From a bacterium (GTDB lineage: Bacteria; Omnitrophota; Gorgyraeia; Duberdicusellales; 4484-171), in assembly GCA_021796115.1 (NCBI GenBank), contig JAJYOP010000003.1:7155-71154 (forward strand): 64,000 nt of DNA. The letters are read 5' to 3'. The notes below the pieces were generated by a model. It saw only the letters and a program-made list of their open reading frames with translations. It did not search any database and was not told the origin of the DNA. Below are positions 57,267-64,000 of the stretch, one piece after another. The position numbers were made by a program, and so were the translations under genes. The stretch's first letter is position 1. Each line of letters opens with the position of its first letter.

Positions 57267-58535
57267 ATGTTGGATGCAAAATTTATCAGGGAAAATCCGG
57301 AGATAGTCAGGCAGGCGCTAAAAGACCGTAATGACAAATTTGATCTTGACGCCTTTCTCTCGCTTGACGAAGAAAGACGAAAGATAATGCGCCAGATAGA
57401 GGAATTGCATGCCGAGCAGAATAAAATCGACAATGCGATGAAGTTAATCATTAAATCGAAACAAAATCCCGCAGCAAAAATAGAGGAAGCAAAAGAAATC
57501 AAAAAACAAATTACCGCCCTCGATGAAAGTTTTAGCAAGCTTGATGCGCAGTTTAAGGAACAGTTATTACGCATACCTAATATTCCGCACTCGTCTATCC
57601 CAAAAGGCCATCCGCAAAATAATAAAATCGTCAAAGAGTGGGGAGAACGGCGCAAATTCGATTTTAAGCCGCTTGACCACATAGTCCTTTCCGATAATCT
57701 TGACATCATCGATTTTAAGCGCGCGGCAAAAATAAGCGGCTCTAATTTCGTTCTCTTTAAAGGCATCGGCGCCAAACTTGAGCGGGCACTTATAAATTTT
57801 ATGCTTGACCTGCATACCCAAAAACATGGTTACAAAGAAATCTTTCCGCCTATGCTAGTAAACCGCGATTCGATGCGCTCTACCGGACAACTGCCGAAAC
57901 TTGAAGAGGATATGTACCGTTTAAAAGACGATGATTTTTTTCTTATCCCCACCGCGGAAGTGCCGGTAACCAATATTCATCGGGATGAGGTGCTTGAAGA
58001 AAGCAAGCTCCCTATTTATTATACAGCTTACACTGCATGTTTCAGGCGCGAAGCCGGTTCCTACGGAAAAGATACTAAAGGGCTCATGCGTGTTCATCAG
58101 TTTGATAAAGTTGAATTGGTAAAGTTTGTTAAGCCAGAAACTTCCTACGATGAGCTCGAAAAACTTCTGGCTAATGCCTGTGCCATTCTTGAATTGCTTA
58201 AAATACCATACCGCATTTTAATGCTTGCAACCGGAGATATTAGTTTTGCGGCAGCAAAATGCTATGATATAGAAATATACGCCCCGGGTATTGACAAGTG
58301 GCTTGAGGTTTCAAGCTGCAGCAATTTTGAAGATTTCCAGGCAAGAAGAGGAAATATTAGATACAAAGACAAAGAAACGGGCAAACTTAAATTTGTCCAT
58401 ACCTTAAATGGCTCGGGTGTGGCTTTGGCTCGCCTAGTCGTTGCCATACTTGAGAATTATCAAGAGAGCGATGAATCAATTATGATACCGGAAGTATTGC
58501 ATTCATATATGGGTGTAGATTCTATCAAAGCATGA
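57267..58535 (+). CDS. serS: seryl-tRNA synthetase
   Basis: 422 aa. N-terminal coiled coil. TAEVPVTN, FRREAGS and GSGVALARL. Confidence 0.97.
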   Translation: MLDAKFIRENPEIVRQALKDRNDKFDLDAFLSLDEERRKIMRQIEELHAEQNKIDNAMKLIIKSKQNPAAKIEEAKEIKKQITALDESFSKLDAQFKEQLLRIPNIPHSSIPKGHPQNNKIVKEWGERRKFDFKPLDHIVLSDNLDIIDFKRAAKISGSNFVLFKGIGAKLERALINFMLDLHTQKHGYKEIFPPMLVNRDSMRSTGQLPKLEEDMYRLKDDDFFLIPTAEVPVTNIHRDEVLEESKLPIYYTAYTACFRREAGSYGKDTKGLMRVHQFDKVELVKFVKPETSYDELEKLLANACAILELLKIPYRILMLATGDISFAAAKCYDIEIYAPGIDKWLEVSSCSNFEDFQARRGNIRYKDKETGKLKFVHTLNGSGVALARLVVAILENYQESDESIMIPEVLHSYMGVDSIKA

Positions 58536-59149
58536 ATTCAAGAAAGGGGGTTAGTGTGATAGAAGAGAAAGCGCCGGCAAAACAAAATTATTTCCTAACG
58601 CTGATTAAATTTTTCCTTTTTCTTTTAATTTTTTGCTTTCTTGTTTCGTTCAGCAAACAATTTTATCACGGGATGAAGTCAGTAGAGGATTTGAATGTCG
58701 ATATACTTTTTCTTTCAGTGCTTTCTGCCTTTTCTTTCTATACTTTCATTGCTGATTTGAATGATTTTTACAAAAAAATGCAGAATTTCTTTTTCCATTC
58801 CGCTTTCGCGTCATATCTTGTCCCGTCGTTTTTGATACTTCTTGGTTTGGGGTATTTTATCTTACCGAGAGTATTTAACGCAGAAATCGATAAAGATGTT
58901 TTTATTTTTCTTGGCGGCTTTATTGCCACTTCGCATTTGATTTTTGTGGCACGCGAAACAAAAGGAAACACCTTTGCCGCATTTATAAATTACCTTTTTA
59001 CATTCAGTATTCTTTATATTGTAGTATTGTTTTTACTTGGCGTTTATTTGATGGCAGCGTTTAAGCTGGATTTGCATAAAATCCTTGTCGATGGTGTTAT
59101 GGGCGGTGCTACCCTGATTAAGGATTTATTCGGCCAGATTTTGCATTAA
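58532..59149 (+). CDS. hypothetical polytopic membrane protein
   Basis: 205 aa with 5-6 hydrophobic helices. ATGA overlap with the serS stop. Confidence 0.55.
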   Translation: MNSRKGVSVIEEKAPAKQNYFLTLIKFFLFLLIFCFLVSFSKQFYHGMKSVEDLNVDILFLSVLSAFSFYTFIADLNDFYKKMQNFFFHSAFASYLVPSFLILLGLGYFILPRVFNAEIDKDVFIFLGGFIATSHLIFVARETKGNTFAAFINYLFTFSILYIVVLFLLGVYLMAAFKLDLHKILVDGVMGGATLIKDLFGQILH

Positions 59150-59160
59150 GCAAGATTTTT

Positions 59161-59254
59161 GGAGGGGTGGCCGAGTGGTTTAAGGCGGCGGTTTGCTAAA
59201 CCGCTGTACGGGTGAAAGCCTGTACCTGGGGTTCAAATCCCCACCCCTCCGCCA
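59161..59254 (+). tRNA. tRNA-Ser (GCT)
   Basis: GGAGGGG acceptor, anticodon loop TTGCTAA, long variable arm, T-loop TTCAAAT, CCCCTCC-G. CCA is encoded. Confidence 0.93.
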
Positions 59255-59365
59255 GTTTTAGAAGTGACCTTCCGTCGAGAAGGAAGGTGGAAATTGCCCA
59301 CACTAATTGTGGACGCGAACCCTAAGAAGGTGATTCGAACTTTTTGTTGAATCGGAGGAGGCGGA

Positions 59366-59800
59366 ATGAAGAAAATCATATTTGTTATATTATTTGTTGT
59401 TTGTTGTCAATACGGTTGGGCCTCTGAAATACGTAATTATACCCTTAACCAGATGCAACTTTCAGACAATACAGGCGTCAAGGAGATTCCTATCCTTGGG
59501 GAAGACAAAAAGCCGATGACATTGAAATTGGTTATAGCGGGATTAGGATCTGATCGTGTTACTGCCCAAGGTGCTGTTTTATCATTAGCAAGAGAACATC
59601 AGGTCTACTCAATGAATAAACCGGATAATGGTACAGGTGATGATGGGGCTAAATGGTATTATCTGCGCTACAACCTTGGGGTTACAGTAATTAGGATTAA
59701 AGGAGATCGCATAGAGCTGCATGTTCTCGGGGATGCTCCATATACTTATTTAGGAACGCTCGATAAATGGGTTACAACAGCAAATCCCAAAAACAACTAA
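59366..59800 (+). CDS. hypothetical secreted protein
   Basis: 144 aa. Signal peptide. GGAGGAGG SD. No family recognised. Confidence 0.5.
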   Translation: MKKIIFVILFVVCCQYGWASEIRNYTLNQMQLSDNTGVKEIPILGEDKKPMTLKLVIAGLGSDRVTAQGAVLSLAREHQVYSMNKPDNGTGDDGAKWYYLRYNLGVTVIRIKGDRIELHVLGDAPYTYLGTLDKWVTTANPKNN

Positions 59801-59804
59801 AATT

Positions 59805-60287
59805 ATGAAAGAAAGCACGATTTTTGATGTATTGATTGCTTTAGTTAAATACGGCATGCCAATTGCTGGAACCGTTGCCGGTATATTTCTTGGTAAATGG
59901 TTGGAGGAAAAAAATGAGAATAAGAAGTTAAAACGCGAGATTTATTTGCAAGCCAATCGTGCGTTGAAACGCTATTCTGATTTCTATATGACCCTGGGTG
60001 CGTTCCCAAATGATAATGATCGAGTTAACAAACTTGATCATGAAAGTACTCTTTTAGAAGAAGCGAAGGCTGATTTAGAGATGTATAGTAGCGACAAGAT
60101 TTTTGGTGCTTTTGCTTGCGTTTTGAAATTGGCAGTAGATTGTGGAAAGGAAGCATTATCTAAAAGTACCAACGGGAAAGTATTAACAGATCCGAAAAAA
60201 GATCTTTCGAAATACAATGAATTTTTAGATGCGCAGGATAAATGGAATCGAGCGGCGAGAGCAGACTTAGGGATTATTGCTAAATAA
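59805..60287 (+). CDS. hypothetical membrane-anchored protein
   Basis: 160 aa. One N-terminal TM helix, then a helical domain. Starts 4 nt after the previous stop. Confidence 0.5.
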   Translation: MKESTIFDVLIALVKYGMPIAGTVAGIFLGKWLEEKNENKKLKREIYLQANRALKRYSDFYMTLGAFPNDNDRVNKLDHESTLLEEAKADLEMYSSDKIFGAFACVLKLAVDCGKEALSKSTNGKVLTDPKKDLSKYNEFLDAQDKWNRAARADLGIIAK

Positions 60288-60587
60288 TATAGTCATAGTA
60301 CGGTTCAGAGTTTGGCGGTTCTTTGGTTTTTGTAGGTTTCTGGAAGATGGGTTTGTCTAGGGCGATGAGCCAGCCCATGCTTCGTTCATGGTAGTTTTTT
60401 ACAAGTAGTGGGATATCAACAAATTGGCAGGTTCGCCTGGCGTCCACGACTACCCGTTGTTTTACCTTATTCGAAAAATCATCTAATCCGGAAGAGAGAT
60501 AGTTTTTCGGAACATCTAGAAGAAAAACAACGGATTCCGGTGAGGCACCGTCCGAACCGGAATAGAAGGCGTAAAGCAAGGAGAAGA

Positions 60588-62303
60588 ATGGGCTACTTAG
60601 CGTTTGCATTAAAATACCGGCCGCAAAATTTTGAAGAAATGGTGGGGCAGGAGCACGTGGTGTCCGCTCTTAAAAATGCCATCCTTAAAAAGCACATTCA
60701 TCATGCTTATTTATTCAGTGGGCCGCGTGGTACCGGAAAAACTTCACTAGCCAGGATTTTTGCCAAAGCCCTAAACTGCGAAAGTGCCAAAGAACCGGTT
60801 GTAAATCCTTGCGGCAAATGCATAAGTTGTGCCGAGATAGCAAAGGGCACATCTTTAGATATTATCGAAATTGACGGCGCATCGAACAGGGGAATAGATG
60901 AAATCCGTACTCTTCGGGAAAACGTAAAACTTTCCGCCGCTCATTCGCGGTTTAAGATTTATATAATTGATGAAGTACACATGCTAACGCAAGAAGCTTT
61001 TAATGCACTTCTTAAAACTCTTGAAGAGCCGCCTGCGCATGTAAAATTTATTTTTGCAACCACTCATCCGCACAAGGTTATTCCTACGATTCTGTCGCGC
61101 TGCCAGAAGTTTCAATTTGGCCTTGTTCCCTTGGAAAAAATAGTCGAAAAACTGAAAAATATAACCAAATCCGAAAATGTAAAGATAGAAGACAACCTGC
61201 TTTACGCAATCGCAAGGGTTTCCGGCGGAAGCATACGTGACGCCGAATCTTTACTTGACCAGCTTGTTCCGGTTGTGCTTGAGAAGGGTTCCATCGAAGA
61301 TATTTTTTCATTTTTGGGCATCATCGATGAAGATACTTTAACGCGTATGATTAAATGCATTACCGGCAAAGACTTAGGCGCCGCGCTTGAATTTATCGAT
61401 AAAATCATCAAAGAGGGGAAAGATTTAAGTATTTTCGTTAACGCTTTAATAGAATACCTTAGAAATTTACTCCTGGCAAAGGTAAGCCCGAAGACTTTTC
61501 TCGAACTTATCGATATATCCCCGCAGGCAAAAGATTCGCTTCTTAAATCCGCAAGCGCAATGGAAACGCCTGAAATCTTGAAATTAATCGATTTATTAAT
61601 TGAAGCCAAAGATCTTTCCCATCGTTTAAATACAATAAGAATTCCTCTTGAACTTGCCTTCGTGCGATTTCTTCATCCCGAAAGCCGGGATGTAGCGAAA
61701 GATAGTCTGAGAGAAGTGAGCAATAAAAGTATACCTAGTGAAATAACTAAAAAGGAATATAAAAAGAATGAGGAAGTCATAAAAGAAAACCCCGCAGACT
61801 TGCAAGGCGATTTTAATCTGGAGGATGGAAGTATTCCTGAAAAACAGGAACAAAAACAAGACAAAAATGCCAAAGAAGAAACTGTCGCCGAGGATGGCAT
61901 TTTACTTAACGAGATAAAAGCAAAATGGGGCGAAATAATTGTGAGTATGCAGAAAGTACGAGCCGCGATAAGCTCGCATCTTTCTTTGGGCGAGCCGGTT
62001 TCCTCAAGTTCGAACATCATAAGAATCGGGTTTAATAAAAGAGATTATTTCCATAAAGAAATTGTCGAAACTCCGAAAAATTCAAAGTTCATCGTAGATG
62101 CGATATCTAAGATAATAAATAAGCAGATTGAGGTAAAGTTTATTTTTTCCGAAAAAGTTGCGCAGAAATTTCAAGACAATCCAAACGGCGCAAATAAAGC
62201 AGAAGCTAAAGGCCAAATAGATTCAAATGCGCCCACGCAGCAGAATGAATTTATCAATGAGCTTCTTGATACATTTGGCGGCCAGTTTCACACGGAGGAT
62301 TAA
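60588..62303 (+). CDS. dnaX: DNA polymerase III subunit gamma/tau
   Basis: 571 aa from ATG 60588 (AAGGAGAAG SD). KYRPQNFEEMVGQEHV, GPRGTGKTS, a four-Cys zinc module, DEVHMLT. Confidence 0.93.
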   Translation: MGYLAFALKYRPQNFEEMVGQEHVVSALKNAILKKHIHHAYLFSGPRGTGKTSLARIFAKALNCESAKEPVVNPCGKCISCAEIAKGTSLDIIEIDGASNRGIDEIRTLRENVKLSAAHSRFKIYIIDEVHMLTQEAFNALLKTLEEPPAHVKFIFATTHPHKVIPTILSRCQKFQFGLVPLEKIVEKLKNITKSENVKIEDNLLYAIARVSGGSIRDAESLLDQLVPVVLEKGSIEDIFSFLGIIDEDTLTRMIKCITGKDLGAALEFIDKIIKEGKDLSIFVNALIEYLRNLLLAKVSPKTFLELIDISPQAKDSLLKSASAMETPEILKLIDLLIEAKDLSHRLNTIRIPLELAFVRFLHPESRDVAKDSLREVSNKSIPSEITKKEYKKNEEVIKENPADLQGDFNLEDGSIPEKQEQKQDKNAKEETVAEDGILLNEIKAKWGEIIVSMQKVRAAISSHLSLGEPVSSSSNIIRIGFNKRDYFHKEIVETPKNSKFIVDAISKIINKQIEVKFIFSEKVAQKFQDNPNGANKAEAKGQIDSNAPTQQNEFINELLDTFGGQFHTED

Positions 62304-62310
62304 TAAGGCA

Positions 62311-62350
62311 GCAACTTTTCAAGCGACCAAAGAAAGCGTAGAAAAGTTGC
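62311..62350 (+). repeat. GCAACTTTTC hairpin, copy 2
   Basis: gcaacttttc-N20-gaaaagttgc directly after the dnaX stop, followed by gtagccgaattaacccc. Confidence 0.7.
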
Positions 62351-62364
62351 GTAGCCGAATTAAC

Positions 62365-62422
62365 CCCGCCGAGCGTGACAAAATTATCGAAGAGAATTTT
62401 GTCACATTTTTTGCGAGGCGGG
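62365..62422 (+). repeat. nested-hairpin element, K-family copy 4
   Basis: cccgcc-GA-gcg [tgacaaaatt-atcgaagag-aattttgtca] cattttt tgc-GA-ggcggg. Outer arms identical to copy 1. Confidence 0.75.
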
Positions 62423-62445
62423 ATAATGAAATGAAATAGTCAATT

Positions 62446-63042
62446 ATGACTTTCCCTAAATTCTTTAACGAATTAGTAACGAGCCTTTCGCGTTTCCCCG
62501 GTATCGGCCGGCGCAGCGCCGAACGCATTGCGTTTTATATTTTAAAAATGACACCGGAAAATGCTAAGGATTTAGCCCGTAAAATTGAAGATATCCATAA
62601 TCATATCCGGCCATGTTCGATGTGCAATAACTTTTCCACACAAGAAGTCTGTTCCATATGCAGTGATTATAAACGCGATAAAGAAGTTATCTGTATCGTA
62701 GAAGAACCGAAAGACATTCTGGCCATCGAAAAGACTTCTCAATATAACGGTCTTTATTATGTGCTTTTAGGCTCGGTTTCTCCTTTAGAGGGGATAAATA
62801 CTGAAGATCTAAATATCCGAAAGCTCATCAACCGCATCGAACGCGGAGAGATAAAAGAGATTATAATTTCAACCGATGCCGATAATGATGGCGAGCTTAC
62901 CGCAGAATTCTTAATCGAAAAAATCTCGCCTTATAAAATAAAAATGTACCGCATCGCGATAGGCGTGCCGCTTGGTACACAGATTGAGTACATTGATTCT
63001 GCTACGCTTGGCAAAGCTTTACTTGAGAAAAAACCGGTCTAG
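62446..63042 (+). CDS. recR: recombination protein RecR
   Basis: 198 aa. LSRFPGIGRRSAERIAF, zinc finger CSMCNN..CSIC, and a Toprim block. Confidence 0.95.
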   Translation: MTFPKFFNELVTSLSRFPGIGRRSAERIAFYILKMTPENAKDLARKIEDIHNHIRPCSMCNNFSTQEVCSICSDYKRDKEVICIVEEPKDILAIEKTSQYNGLYYVLLGSVSPLEGINTEDLNIRKLINRIERGEIKEIIISTDADNDGELTAEFLIEKISPYKIKMYRIAIGVPLGTQIEYIDSATLGKALLEKKPV

Positions 63043-63044
63043 TA

Positions 63045-63073
63045 TTGACGTTATAGGACAGTTAAGCTATAAT
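63045..63073 (+). promoter_or_regulatory. consensus sigma70-type promoter upstream of tRNA-Asn
   Basis: TTGACG (63045-63050), exactly 17 nt of spacer, TATAAT (63068-63073). Confidence 0.65.
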
Positions 63074-63102
63074 TGTCCCTCGTTCTTAGATAATTAGTTA
63101 TC

Positions 63103-63159
63103 TTCGACGCATCTAAATACTTTGAAAATTTATGCGAAATTTTCAAAGAATGCGTCGAA
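63103..63159 (+). repeat. nested-hairpin element, K-family variant (copy 5)
   Basis: ttcgacgcat ctaaatac [tttgaaaattt-atgcg-aaattttcaaa] ga atgcgtcgaa. Confidence 0.65.
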
Positions 63160-63223
63160 ATAAGACAATCTAAGATTCCTATGCGTCATCTTCGATGACT
63201 CAAAAAATCTAAGATTCTCTAAT

Positions 63224-63299
63224 TCCCCGGTAGCTCAGTTGGTAGAGCGCTTGGCTGTTAACCAGGATGTCCGAGGTTCGAGCCCTCGCCGGGGAGCCA
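63224..63299 (+). tRNA. tRNA-Asn (GTT)
   Basis: TCCCCGG acceptor, anticodon loop CTGTTAA, T-loop TTCGAGC, CCGGGGA-G. CCA is encoded. Confidence 0.93.
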
Positions 63300-64000
63300 A
63301 TTTGGGTGAAAATCCGAACTTGTTTTTCTCTGGGATAGAGACTTATAATACGTTTCTATTTCAGGGAATTGGTAAAGCGAAAGCTTGATTTTGAACCACT
63401 TAGTTCGGATTTTCGTGATAAAAGCCCCTGATTGTTTAGGGGCTTTTTCTTTTGCGGGATCAAAACTCCAGACTGTAATTTCCTTGATAAGGAGCTGGAA
63501 AAGTTCTTTCTGGTCCTCCAGAGGGAGAGAGTTTATGATTTTATCGAAAGCAAGCAGGGTTTTTTTGACGGTCTCGGCGTCAATGACATCCTGTTTGCAC
63601 CGGTCGATATCCATGAGCAGTTTTTCCGCCTGAATTTTGACAAGTTCCTTTTCCTTGAGCAGCTTCTTGTATTCCCCGGTAATTTCCCCGCCGACCATAT
63701 CTTTCGATTTCATTATGTTTACCAGGCGGTTAATCTCGGCCGTCATGTCCCGTAACCGCAGTTCGGTTTTATTTAACTCTTCCTGAAGCGGCTTTATTTT
63801 GTCGGCGTTATAATTGCGGTTGCTTTTTATGGCCGATTCAATCAGGGTTTTATTGCGCCCTAAATCCGAGAGGCATTTTTTTATCGCGTTTTCAAACTCG
63901 CGGGCCGGGATCAGCCTTACCTTGCAGGGCGAATTTTTGCCGTCATCGACAACCCTGCCGCAGGCATAATAAAGATAAGGCGCGCCGTGTTTGTCTTTTT
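63258..64000 (-). CDS. large serine recombinase, C-terminal part (5' end lies beyond the window)
   Basis: The frame is open from 64000 down to 63258. My translation reads ...YLYYACGRVVDDGKNSPCKVRLIPAREFE... (recombinase zinc-ribbon pattern) followed by a coiled coil. The last ~13 codons are tRNA-Asn sequence. Confidence 0.8.
   Translation of the reverse strand, partial: KDKHGAPYLYYACGRVVDDGKNSPCKVRLIPAREFENAIKKCLSDLGRNKTLIESAIKSNRNYNADKIKPLQEELNKTELRLRDMTAEINRLVNIMKSKDMVGGEITGEYKKLLKEKELVKIQAEKLLMDIDRCKQDVIDAETVKKTLLAFDKIINSLPLEDQKELFQLLIKEITVWSFDPAKEKAPKQSGAFITKIRTKWFKIKLSLYQFPEIETYYKSLSQRKTSSDFHPNWLPGEGSNLGHPG

Noticed and set aside
57212-57775. Long antisense ORFs inside genes (e.g. 187 aa opposite serS, 188 aa at 29560-30126, 173 aa at 33832-34353, 165 aa at 1066-1563)
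   Set aside because: Each lies fully within a confidently identified + strand gene. They have low-complexity or hydrophobic pseudo-sequence and no SD. This is typical of codon-bias shadow ORFs in AT-rich genomes.
60588-62303. Programmed -1 frameshift site (A AAA AAG type) in dnaX producing a gamma subunit
   Set aside because: I found no A6G heptamer followed by a hairpin in the appropriate region. Only taaaaag-type stretches are present. Cannot be supported.

Overview
A 64-kb, low-GC, gene-dense chromosomal segment. All coding is on the + strand except three genes. It is mostly housekeeping. In order: a two-component pair, a DsbA-like protein, hisF-hisI, trpE, rpsP, yajC-secDF, a compact mfd, surA-like-pdxA-rsmA, a complete argCJBDFGH cluster running straight into lysA-dapF-dapA-dapB-dapL, folK-panC-nadX, uvrA, a TPR-exbB-exbD trio, lgt, nadE, eno, ftsB, a thiol-redox cluster (flavodoxin-like, cutA, ccdA, thioredoxin-like), a pncB-pncA fusion, archease-DUF4139-rtcB, serS and dnaX-recR. 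There are five tRNA genes: initiator Met, Arg-ACG, Lys-CTT, Ser-GCT and Asn-GTT. I saw no rRNA and no CRISPR array. Three regions look accessory. The first is an AT-richer block of unrecognisable membrane and secreted proteins right of tRNA-fMet (42.7-47.9 kb). The second is two orphan genes right of tRNA-Ser. The third is a large serine recombinase whose 3' end runs into tRNA-Asn at the window edge, probably the left border of an integrated element. The most unusual signal is non-coding. Nearly every spacer is built from spacer-specific degenerate tandem heptamers that fold into long imperfect hairpins. On top of these sit several multi-copy structured repeat families. One is a MITE-like element with a 22-bp perfect TIR. 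One is a nested-hairpin family whose helices covary around a conserved purine internal loop. One is a CCTGTC/GGCAGG mini-hairpin abutting Shine-Dalgarno sequences. A GC-rich hairpin-word segment also appears to sit in frame inside hisF. All calls come from reading the translations and DNA by eye. No searches, folding or statistics were run. Lineage cannot be assigned from this sequence alone.
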